Below, piece after piece: positions 8,271-14,888 of a DNA stretch of 18,455 nucleotides. Positions within the stretch are counted from its first letter, which is position 1, and each line of letters begins with the position of its first letter. The DNA is from an uncultured Lachnospiraceae bacterium (GTDB lineage Bacteria > Bacillota > Clostridia > Lachnospirales > Lachnospiraceae): positions 1 to 18,455 of the forward strand of contig CAKSAI010000032.1 of NCBI GenBank assembly GCA_934434905.1. The letters run 5' to 3'. Under the pieces are notes generated by a model. The model was not told the origin of the DNA. It saw only the letters and a list, made by a program, of their open reading frames with translations, and did no database searches. Made by a program: the position numbers and the translations under genes.

Positions 8271-8780
8271 TTACCGGTCGAAAAGTACATTCCGGTACTT
8301 CGCAAGCCCCCGCAGCAGAACACTGCCCATGACCACGCAGGTGATTGCCTCCCCGATTCCGACTGTCAGTGCATTAAAGGGAAGGGACCAGTCGATGCCA
8401 TGATACTCTGTGACAAAGCCATAGCCGTAGCGCAGTACGAAGGGAACGATCACCATATTGGCGACCACCGGCGGCAGCGTACATGCGAATTTATGCTTTC
8501 GCAAAAGATACGTTCCCACCGCTCCGATCAGCGTCGCAAGGCTTCCGAACAGCACATCCACCACGATCCCGCCGGTCATAAGGTTCGCCAAAAGACACCC
8601 CAGCCAGAGCCCCGGAATAGCCGCAGTGGTAAATACCGGTAAAATGCATAACGCTTCGGAAATCCGCACCTGAATCGTGCCTGACGCCAGCCCCATGGCT
8701 GCGCTTACGTAGGTGAGTGCCACATAAATGGCAGCGATCATGGCTGCCTGCACCAGAAATAATACTTTCCTGCTTCTCAT
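8271..8780 (-). CDS. queT: QueT-family queuosine-precursor transporter (ECF-type S component)
   Basis: About 169 aa with 5-6 TM helices, of the size and hydropathy of QueT. A preQ1-I riboswitch lies directly upstream. The start is ATG 8780 with AAGGAG 8 nt upstream; the ORF-track 'M' at 8786 is actually TTG. Confidence 0.7.
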   Translation of the reverse strand: MRSRKVLFLVQAAMIAAIYVALTYVSAAMGLASGTIQVRISEALCILPVFTTAAIPGLWLGCLLANLMTGGIVVDVLFGSLATLIGAVGTYLLRKHKFACTLPPVVANMVIVPFVLRYGYGFVTEYHGIDWSLPFNALTVGIGEAITCVVMGSVLLRGLAKYRNVLFDR

Positions 8781-8788
8781 TTTCAATT

Positions 8789-8832
8789 CTCCTTTAGTTT
8801 TGTTTTACGAGTGGAAGGTCTCGAACACTCGG
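8789..8832 (-). promoter_or_regulatory. preQ1-I (class I) riboswitch
   Basis: Minus strand: CCGAGUG-uucgagaccuuc-CACUCG followed by UAAAACAAAACUAAAGGAG. The P1 stem, loop and A-rich tail with the conserved AAAACUAA resemble known preQ1-I aptamers, and the tail runs into the queT Shine-Dalgarno sequence (translational control). Confidence 0.75.
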
Positions 8833-8983
8833 ATTGGTTCGCGGCAAATGCCTTGTTATAGGCTTTGCAACGGCTCACAGTATAACACATTGAAATGAGA
8901 AAGGCAAGTTCAATCCAAAAAAGTCCAACTTCGGTAAAAGGGGAAACTCTTTAAGTGTTGTCTTTCTGTTATTTAGCAATCTC

Positions 8984-9012
8984 TTGACATTCGTCACTTA
9001 TATATATACAAT
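8984..9012 (+). promoter_or_regulatory. Sigma-A promoter for the Uma2 endonuclease gene
   Basis: TTGACA (8984-8989), 17 nt spacer, TACAAT (9007-9012), about 80 nt upstream of ATG 9095. Confidence 0.55.
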
Positions 9013-9094
9013 AACAAATAGAACAAGATGACAAGAATGGAACTATTCCCATAACATAACCATAGTGCATATAGCACAGAAAGGACGTGAATTT

Positions 9095-9637
9095 ATGGCG
9101 TTACCATTGCAAACACCTTACTCTCTGGATTACATCTACTCTCTGCCAGACGGCGAACGCGCGGAACTGATTGACGGCCAGATTTATGACATGGCGCCCC
9201 CAAACCGAATGCATCAGGAGATCAGCTTCACCCTCTCCAGGAAGATTGCAGATTATATTGATTCCAATGGTGGCTCCTGCAAGGTCTATCCTGCCCCATT
9301 TGCCGTATTCCTGAATGATGATAATATGAATTACGTTGAGCCGGATATCAGTGTTATTTGCGACAAGAACAAGCTTTCAGATAAGGGCTGCCACGGTGCA
9401 CCGGATTGGATAATTGAGATTGTTTCTCCTGCCACGCGCACAAGAGACTACGGGATCAAGCTTTTCAAATATCGTTCCGTCGGTGTCCGTGAATACTGGA
9501 TTGTTGACCCGGCCAATAAGCGGGTCTGTGTGTACAATTTCGGCAATGATGAAATGAATGAATACACCTTTTCTGATACCGTAAAAGCCGGCATTTATTC
9601 AGACCTTGCAATCAACTTCGCCGAATTAAATATCTGA
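9095..9637 (+). CDS. Uma2-family (DUF820) PD-(D/E)xK putative restriction-type endonuclease
   Basis: Core EPDISVI...APDWIIEIVSP...KLFKYRSVGVREYWIVDP matches the Uma2 family signature (D...E-I-x-S-P / K). The start is moved to Met11 (9095), which has AAGGA 9 nt upstream. It is the only plus-strand gene in the interior of the window. Confidence 0.75.
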   Translation: MALPLQTPYSLDYIYSLPDGERAELIDGQIYDMAPPNRMHQEISFTLSRKIADYIDSNGGSCKVYPAPFAVFLNDDNMNYVEPDISVICDKNKLSDKGCHGAPDWIIEIVSPATRTRDYGIKLFKYRSVGVREYWIVDPANKRVCVYNFGNDEMNEYTFSDTVKAGIYSDLAINFAELNI

Positions 9638-9643
9638 TCCACC

Positions 9644-9677
9644 GCCCCCGGGTGCTGCCTGGGGGCTTCTTATTCTC
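9644..9677 (+). terminator. Intrinsic terminator of the Uma2 gene
   Basis: GCCCCCGGG-tgctg-CCTGGGGGC (9-bp stem with one G.U) followed by TTCTTATTCT. Confidence 0.65.
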
Positions 9678-9686
9678 CCTGCCTTG

Positions 9687-9717
9687 TAAAAAATCCCCGG
9701 GCTGCTGCCCAGGGATT
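9687..9717 (-). terminator. Intrinsic terminator of the minus-strand SPFH/ZnR/TPM operon
   Basis: Minus strand: AAUCCCUGGGC-agca-GCCCGGGGAUU followed by UUUUU. It sits 15 nt downstream of the TPM gene stop and face-to-face with the Uma2 terminator. Confidence 0.6.
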
Positions 9718-9731
9718 CATAGGGATTCCTA

Positions 9732-10553
9732 TTAGAATTTTCCGCCTCCGCCGCCATGCGTCGTACCGGAAGACGAAGTGTGTGTACTGCTGCCGGAAGA
9801 GGAATCGTTGTCCTTCGGCTTCTCTGTCCGGGTAACGGTGTGGTAGAGGAACATATCCCGGCTCTCGGTGATATTCAGACTCCCCTTCTTCACATAGCTG
9901 TTTGCAGCCGCCTGACTGCGCACTGTCTTCAGCTTACTCTTCATGCTGCCCACAACGATCAGTGCAAGGAGCACGCCGATACCAATGGAAACGAGAATCC
10001 AGATCTTCGACAGCGGCTCACGGGGCAGTGTACCGCTATCATAGGGTACACCGGTCTTGGCCTGGTTGATAAAATCATCACACAGGTCAGCGTAGGTGTC
10101 AAATGCGGCAGCATAATTGCCGTCCGACAGATCAGGCTTCATCTTATCCCCGATGTATTGAATACCGGCATCGGTGAATATATCGATCCCATACCCGCAG
10201 GTTGAGATCCACCAGTCACGATCCTCCATGCTGATAAGCAGCAGGACACCGTCCCTGTCTTCTCCGTAGCCATAATTACACTGATCATAGACCTCGTCAG
10301 CATAATCTCTGACCGCACGGCCTTCCAGATCATTCGTCGTGATAACAATCACATCAACATCCTGACGCAGACTGATCTCATCCAGCTTGGCGAGAAGCTC
10401 CGCCTCTTCGCTGTCGGACAAAAGGTCTGCCATATCCATCACGCGCTCATATTCACTGGCAAAGCCATTCGTTCCTGCCGCAGACGCCGGCACTGCCATA
10501 CCAAGGCAGAGGGCGAGTACGAACAGAATGGTTGTCATTTTCTTCTTCATCAT
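9732..10553 (-). CDS. TPM-domain (YgcG/YdjH-like, formerly DUF477) membrane protein with signal peptide, one TM helix and a Ser/Thr/Gly-rich tail
   Basis: N-terminal lipobox-less signal peptide (MMKKKMTTILFVLALCLGMAVPASA). TPM-domain signature (LLSDSEEAELLAKLDEISLRQDVDVIVITT...GVLLLISMEDRDWWISTCGYG). TM helix IWILVSIGIGVLLALIVVG. Tail SSSGSSTHTSSSGTTHGGGGGKF. The ATGA overlap with the upstream gene indicates translational coupling; RBS GGGAGG. Confidence 0.7.
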   Translation of the reverse strand: MMKKKMTTILFVLALCLGMAVPASAAGTNGFASEYERVMDMADLLSDSEEAELLAKLDEISLRQDVDVIVITTNDLEGRAVRDYADEVYDQCNYGYGEDRDGVLLLISMEDRDWWISTCGYGIDIFTDAGIQYIGDKMKPDLSDGNYAAAFDTYADLCDDFINQAKTGVPYDSGTLPREPLSKIWILVSIGIGVLLALIVVGSMKSKLKTVRSQAAANSYVKKGSLNITESRDMFLYHTVTRTEKPKDNDSSSGSSTHTSSSGTTHGGGGGKF

Positions 10554-11632
10554 CTCGTCCCTCCCTTACAGTATTCCCATGACATGCAGCTGAGCACCAC
10601 GGACAGTCCAAGTGTCCATTTGCGCGCTGCCGCCTTATCCACAGGCAGGTCACCCACGAACTTGCCGGTCTGTCCGTTCATGGCAAAGGTGTACTTACCG
10701 CCATTCCACGTGGTGTTCAAAAGCCACACCGGATACAGCGCGTACTTTGCCTTACCACCGTGAAGCTGTATGTTACTGCTCTCCGGCACAACCGAGGCAT
10801 AGCCCTGCACCGTCGAAGCAAATGCCGCCTCGGTAGAATGCTTGACACGTGTATTGGCACGCTCAATGCTTTCCTCGGCAGTTACATCGTATTTATCCGC
10901 CAGATATCCAGCCAGATATGCCGTCTGAAAATCCACCGCATCGGAAAAATCGTAAGGTTCGATGGACTCCATCAGATCGTCCGCCATCTTGGACGAACCA
11001 TCTACCGGAACATGCTCAAAGCCGATGCTGCCACCGCGATGCACAAGGAAGTGGCTGGTCTCGGTGTAATCGTAGTTGCTGTCGCTCCACGTCCGTATCT
11101 TTGTCGCGCGATAGCGTACCTGTGCGTCCGCATCTGTGTCGAACAGCCAGAACGGCACATACACACCCTTGATCTCGTCAATGTGATTCTGATCCTTAAA
11201 CACCTTCGGCAGCAGCCGCTTGCCGGATAAGTGTCTCATAAGTCCTGCCTTTGCCGCCTTCTTGTCCAGTTTGAACGGAATCACGATATCCGGCTTCAAC
11301 GCACCTGAGAATTGTCCCATCATCACTACGGGATTACCGCAGAACGGGCAGGATGTCGCTGCCATATTCTCATCGCCCACAATCTCACCACCGCAGGATT
11401 TGCAGACATAAGAACGCAGCCCATCGGCTTCACCTTCCTGCCACTCGCTTCCCGCTGACGTCTCCCATTCCATGCTGTCGGCCTGCTCGCCCTGCAGCTC
11501 GGCATCATAACCCGCAAGCGCTTCCATCTCAAACTCAGTGTCACAGAACGGACACTTCATCTTCTGAAGGGAGCTGTCGAAGGCTATCGCACCGCCACAG
11601 CAGGGACATTTGTATTCCTGCAACGTTTGCAT
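10550..11632 (-). CDS. Double zinc-ribbon protein (YdjG-like) with a C-terminal domain of unknown function
   Basis: Two N-terminal Cys4 ribbons (CPCCGG...CPFCD and CKSCGG...CPFCG), followed by about 250 aa without recognised motifs. RBS GGAGGAG. It sits 18 nt downstream of the SPFH gene and overlaps the TPM gene by 4 nt. Confidence 0.6.
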   Translation of the reverse strand: MQTLQEYKCPCCGGAIAFDSSLQKMKCPFCDTEFEMEALAGYDAELQGEQADSMEWETSAGSEWQEGEADGLRSYVCKSCGGEIVGDENMAATSCPFCGNPVVMMGQFSGALKPDIVIPFKLDKKAAKAGLMRHLSGKRLLPKVFKDQNHIDEIKGVYVPFWLFDTDADAQVRYRATKIRTWSDSNYDYTETSHFLVHRGGSIGFEHVPVDGSSKMADDLMESIEPYDFSDAVDFQTAYLAGYLADKYDVTAEESIERANTRVKHSTEAAFASTVQGYASVVPESSNIQLHGGKAKYALYPVWLLNTTWNGGKYTFAMNGQTGKFVGDLPVDKAAARKWTLGLSVVLSCMSWEYCKGGTR

Positions 11633-11650
11633 AAATTCTCCTCCGCTTTA

Positions 11651-13072
11651 TTACTTTATATCATTATCATCAAAGATATCACCGCACTCCGGGCAGAATT
11701 TCGGGGGATGCGTGGGATCTTCCGGCTCCCAGCCACATTTATCGCAGCGATAGAGGGGAGCGCCCTCCGGCTTCTTCGCACCACAGTTCTGACAGAACCT
11801 GCCCTTATTGACCGTACCGCAGGAACAGGTCCAGCCATCGGCTTCGACAGGCTTCGGTGAACCGCACTCCGGACAGAACTTACCGGTTGCAGTTGCTCCG
11901 CAGGAGCACTTCCATGCACCGGCCACAGGCTGTGGTTCCGGCTTCTTCGCGCCGCATTCCGGACAGAACTTACCGGTTACGGTTGCTCCGCAGGAGCATT
12001 TCCATGCATCAGCTGCCGGAGCTGCCTGCTGTTGCTGTGTCTGCTGTTGCTGTGCCTGTTGCTGCTGACCCATGGAGTACAGATTCTGTGCATTCATACC
12101 GCCGCCTGCATTCATCGCCATGCCCATACCCATAAATCCGGTCATTGCACCGGCGGAATTCCCGGCAGCCGTCTTCATGGCGTCTGCCTGTGCACCCACA
12201 AGGGTTGCCGCCGCCATGGTGGGATCACGCATGATCGCTGTACGCTGTGCCTGCTTGATCATCTCCGCATCTTCTTCCGGCAGAGTGACTGAACCAAGCG
12301 CAATGCTGACAACCTTCAGACCGCGCAGTGCCCCCCACTTCTCGGAGAGTGCTGTATTCATGGCCTCTTCAAGCTCTGTATTGTGGGTGACAATCTGATT
12401 GGGACGCATCTCCAAATCGGACAGTCTGCCGAATGCCGGCTGCAGAGCGCTGATGAATTCCGTCTTAAGCTGGCTGTCCAGCTCGTCACGGGTATAATCC
12501 TGCTCTACATTGCCGCACACATTGGTGTAGAACAGCAACGGATCGGCAATCTTATAGGAATATACGCCGGAGCATCGTACCGATACATCCACATCCAGTC
12601 CGATCTTGGAATCCACCACACGGAAGGGAATCGGATTCGGTGTTCCGAACTTGTTGTCGATCAATTCCTTCATATTAAAATAGTAAACACGCTGATCCTT
12701 ACCGGTGTCACCACCATAGGTAAAACGCTTGCCGATGGTTCGGAAGGTCTCCCGGATGCTGTCTCCGAGATTACCGGAGAAGATCGACGGCTCAGTAGAA
12801 CTGTCGTATGTAAACTCGCCTGGCTCAGCACAGACTTCCACGATCTTGCCCTGCTCAACAATGATCATACACTGACCGTCAGCCACAGCGATTCCCGATC
12901 CGTTTGTGATAATGTTATCACTCCCCTTTGTGTTGGAAGAACGGCCGCTGACACGCTTCTGTCCCTTGGTAACGAGCACCTCCTTCGGCATGGATTCACA
13001 ATAGAAAAACTCTTTCCACTGATCGGCAAGGGTGCCGCCCAGTGCGCCTATCCCGGCTTTAATAAGTCCCAT
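11651..13072 (-). CDS. SPFH/band-7 (Band_7_1 type) domain protein with a Q-rich linker and four tandem C-terminal Cys4 zinc ribbons
   Basis: The N-terminus MGLIKAGIGALGGTLADQWKEFFYCES is characteristic of the Band_7_1 SPFH subfamily (often mis-annotated as 'virion core protein'). A Gly/Met/Gln-rich low-complexity linker follows. Then come four repeats of W-x-C-S-C-G-x5-G-K-F-C-P-E-C-G. The start is moved to ATG 13072, which has AAAGGAG 8 nt upstream; the ORF-track start at 13090 is TTG. Confidence 0.75.
   Translation of the reverse strand: MGLIKAGIGALGGTLADQWKEFFYCESMPKEVLVTKGQKRVSGRSSNTKGSDNIITNGSGIAVADGQCMIIVEQGKIVEVCAEPGEFTYDSSTEPSIFSGNLGDSIRETFRTIGKRFTYGGDTGKDQRVYYFNMKELIDNKFGTPNPIPFRVVDSKIGLDVDVSVRCSGVYSYKIADPLLFYTNVCGNVEQDYTRDELDSQLKTEFISALQPAFGRLSDLEMRPNQIVTHNTELEEAMNTALSEKWGALRGLKVVSIALGSVTLPEEDAEMIKQAQRTAIMRDPTMAAATLVGAQADAMKTAAGNSAGAMTGFMGMGMAMNAGGGMNAQNLYSMGQQQQAQQQQTQQQQAAPAADAWKCSCGATVTGKFCPECGAKKPEPQPVAGAWKCSCGATATGKFCPECGSPKPVEADGWTCSCGTVNKGRFCQNCGAKKPEGAPLYRCDKCGWEPEDPTHPPKFCPECGDIFDDNDIK
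11865..12010. repeat. Intragenic tandem direct repeat (period 90 bp, about 56-bp core at roughly 93% identity), encoding zinc-ribbon repeats 1 and 2 of the SPFH protein
   Basis: cactccggacagaacttaccggttgcagttgctccgcaggagcacttccatgca (11865-) versus cattccggacagaacttaccggttacggttgctccgcaggagcatttccatgca (11955-). Confidence 0.7.
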
Positions 13073-13240
13073 AAGAATGACTCCTTTCAAAAAAATTTGT
13101 TTTTCCGGCGTGATGCCGGTTGATTACGCATTCTTGTATAAAATACCTGCTAAAATATTTTAACATACGACATCCGAAAAGTACAGTATATTTTTGAATT
13201 CTGACCGTTTGGACATCACACCTCACCCTTCAACCGCTCA

Positions 13241-13435
13241 CTATTTGCAAACACCCAAATGAAGCACAACCTGACTGTCAACCAGCCTTTTCTGTAGCTG
13301 CGACACATCTAATTGACTGAAATCGTTCGTCATTGCCGCTGCCAGTGCGGCTGATATTCCTGCGAATCCGCCGCCGCATACCAGAACATCACACTTGTAT
13401 GCTATTTCCGTTTCTATTCTCTCTGTTATTCTCAT
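13241..13435 (-). pseudogene. Gene remnant: N-terminal 64 codons of an FAD-dependent oxidoreductase (Rossmann beta-alpha-beta with GxGxxG), truncated by a stop
   Basis: MRITERIETEIAYKCDVLVCGGGFAGISAALAAA is a classic FAD-binding N-terminus, and intact proteins of this kind are 400-600 aa. Here the frame ends after 64 codons, with stops in all frames downstream. The RBS GGAGGA and ATG are intact. Confidence 0.5.
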
Positions 13436-13483
13436 ATTGTCCTCCGTAAATTAAAAATTTTAACATTCTTTTAAAATTTCTTC

Positions 13484-14494
13484 TTAACATTCGCAAATTT
13501 CGCTGCGTTTATTTTGCCATCTGATTTTCCCATTTGTTATGATGGGATAACGAATCAGTTGCGCCAAATCAAGATTTTCCTGATACATATCTACGGCTGT
13601 TATCTGGTGATTATCATATGTTGTGTAATAATAGATGCCCTTGGCGGTGTTGCAGCATGAAGTATAAATGGTAATCTCGTACTTGCCTTCCGTTACCTCG
13701 CAACACCCACGCTGCTGATCAACAGAACCTAAGATATGGAAGAACTGGCTCACACTCTCATTTTCATCATCGCCGGATATGGAATTTAACTTTGTGAAAG
13801 CAACCTTTACAAACCTTGACTGGCTTGAAAGATCTCCGGGTATTCCCATTCCGCCCATTCCTCTGCTGTACGCTTCAAGTTTTAATACTCCGGCGAATGT
13901 ACTTTCAGGCTGTTTTCTGGATACTCCGGCATAATTATTAAGTGCAAACATCTGACTTGGAAATGGTGGATTATTGGTAAGTACACCCACCGGATTATCA
14001 TATACATGTAGTCCATCTTTCATAGGTTCTACAACAATGCAATCATCTTTGTCCGCAATCATCCAGTGAAGCTGTGCGGGTGGAAGCTGCTCACTAAAAG
14101 GTGTGCCCGTAAGCCGCATCCCTGACAGCTTTGTTCTCGCTTCCGATACCGAAGCGCATTGCGTGAGAATCCATGGAATGAACTCAAACTGTGCCACCTG
14201 AACAGCATCCGTTTCACCTTCCGGTAATACCTCCTCATATACCGCATTGCCAACAAAATTGAGTCCTGCCATTCCAACTCCTTTTTCATTGACCGCATCA
14301 TAATAAAGCGGATAGCCTCCTGCGACAAATGCCATTCCAATCAATGCATAATGTGTTTTCAATTTTCCGGCATACCGAAAATCGAACACATAATTCCTTG
14401 GTGTTATGGTTATCTCTTCCCCATAAGAAAACTCATAATCCAGAGTTCTGCCCATATAAAAGTCTTTTGTTTTGTAAGTTGCTGCTGTACACAT
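13484..14494 (-). CDS. bsh: Bile salt hydrolase / choloylglycine hydrolase (Ntn-hydrolase, Cys2 nucleophile)
   Basis: The start MCTAATYKTKDFYMGRTLDYEFSYGEEITITPRNY and the C-terminus TSCCNTAKGIYYYTTYDNHQITAVDMYQENLD are colinear with Clostridium perfringens CBAH (MCTGLALETKDG...TSCMCLEKGIYYYNTYENNQINAIDMNKENLD). The start is placed at the Met directly preceding Cys (14494), which has AAAGAGG upstream; the longer ORF-track start is rejected. Confidence 0.9.
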   Translation of the reverse strand: MCTAATYKTKDFYMGRTLDYEFSYGEEITITPRNYVFDFRYAGKLKTHYALIGMAFVAGGYPLYYDAVNEKGVGMAGLNFVGNAVYEEVLPEGETDAVQVAQFEFIPWILTQCASVSEARTKLSGMRLTGTPFSEQLPPAQLHWMIADKDDCIVVEPMKDGLHVYDNPVGVLTNNPPFPSQMFALNNYAGVSRKQPESTFAGVLKLEAYSRGMGGMGIPGDLSSQSRFVKVAFTKLNSISGDDENESVSQFFHILGSVDQQRGCCEVTEGKYEITIYTSCCNTAKGIYYYTTYDNHQITAVDMYQENLDLAQLIRYPIITNGKIRWQNKRSEICEC

Positions 14495-14554
14495 AGCTTT
14501 GTACCTCTTTCTTATAATACCCCTGCTATTTTTTATGCAATCAAAATTAGGACA

Positions 14555-14598
14555 ATTATACCATACATTATTCGCATCTACAATTTGCATATGCAAAT
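14555..14598 (-). promoter_or_regulatory. BSH promoter (extended -10 TGgTATAAT) with a 16-bp perfect palindrome abutting the -35 region
   Basis: Minus strand: TTGTAG, 17 nt spacer, TG-n-TATAAT (-10 at 14555-14560). ATTTGCATATGCAAAT (14583-14598) is a perfect inverted repeat immediately upstream of or overlapping the -35. Confidence 0.45.
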
Positions 14599-14652
14599 AT
14601 CACACGTTTTTTCAAGTGATTTGTTTGACATTCAATATTTTCCTATAAAAAA

Positions 14653-14684
14653 CCCGGAGAATTTTCATTCTCCGGGGTTTTCTT
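14653..14684 (-). terminator. Intrinsic terminator of the tRNA-Met transcript (bidirectional in form)
   Basis: Minus strand: CCCGGAGA-augaaaau-UCUCCGGG followed by UUUUUUAU; 2 nt after the tRNA 3' end. Confidence 0.75.
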
Positions 14685-14686
14685 CG

Positions 14687-14760
14687 TAGCGGAAGAGGGA
14701 TTTGAACCCACGACACCACGGGTATGAACCGTGTGCTCTCGCCAACTGAGCTATTCCGCC
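14687..14760 (-). tRNA. tRNA-Met (anticodon CAU), elongator type; no encoded CCA
   Basis: GGCGGAATAGCTCAGTTGGCGAGAGCACACGGTTCATACCCGTGGTGTCGTGGGTTCAAATCCCTCTTCCGCTA. Cloverleaf: 7-bp acceptor (G1.U72), D-arm GCTC/GAGC, anticodon stem CACGG/CCGTG with loop TTCATAC, T-arm GTGGG-TTCAAAT-CCCTC. The anticodon arm is identical to B. subtilis elongator tRNA-Met (ACGGTTCATACCCGT). Confidence 0.85.
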
Positions 14761-14797
14761 ATCCTATATTCATCGGTTTTCGCTGACCGACTTCTAT

Positions 14798-14837
14798 AGT
14801 ATACTAGCACAGTAAGCAAAAGTCAAGGTTTTTTTTC
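14798..14837 (-). promoter_or_regulatory. Strong sigma-A promoter for tRNA-Met with an A-tract UP element
   Basis: Minus strand: AAAAAAAA-CC-TTGACT (14821-14826), 17 nt spacer, TATACT (14798-14803), about 37 nt upstream of the tRNA 5' end. Confidence 0.6.
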
Positions 14838-14888
14838 ATTTCTGTTGACAGGCTTTTCCAACTTTTTTCAAATATTTTCCGACATCTT

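Noticed and set aside
8781-8786. Upstream TTG as the queT start (ORF-track M at 8786)
   Set aside because: ATG at 8780 has canonical AAGGAG spacing. The TTG would place the RBS inside the coding sequence.
11865-12010. Possible CRISPR-like or other non-coding repeat array
   Set aside because: There are only two near-identical units and weaker protein-level repeats. They are in frame within a CDS and encode zinc-ribbon motifs, so this is not a spacer-repeat architecture.
12383-13123. 246-aa plus-strand ORF opposite the SPFH gene
   Set aside because: An antisense shadow ORF of a well-supported coding region.
13091-13240. Sigma-W type promoter (TGAAAC-N16-CGTA) upstream of the SPFH gene, as in B. 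subtilis ydjGHI
   Set aside because: CGTATG and CGTAAT occur, but no acceptable TGAAAC -35 lies at the right spacing. Only weak sigma-A-like hexamers are present. The promoter is left uncalled.
13100-13240. att-site duplicate of the tRNA-Met 3' end at the far end of the low-GC segment
   Set aside because: Only a vague TTTGAA..GAC resemblance was found by eye. There is no convincing direct repeat and no integrase gene.
14059-14340. 93-aa minus-strand ORF inside bsh in another frame
   Set aside because: It is wholly nested in the BSH frame, which has strong homology; an alternative-frame artefact.
14845-14873. TTGACA-17-TCAAAT on the plus strand pointing into purL antisense
   Set aside because: The -10 is poor and there is no downstream plus-strand gene. 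It is probably fortuitous in the AT-rich tRNA promoter region.
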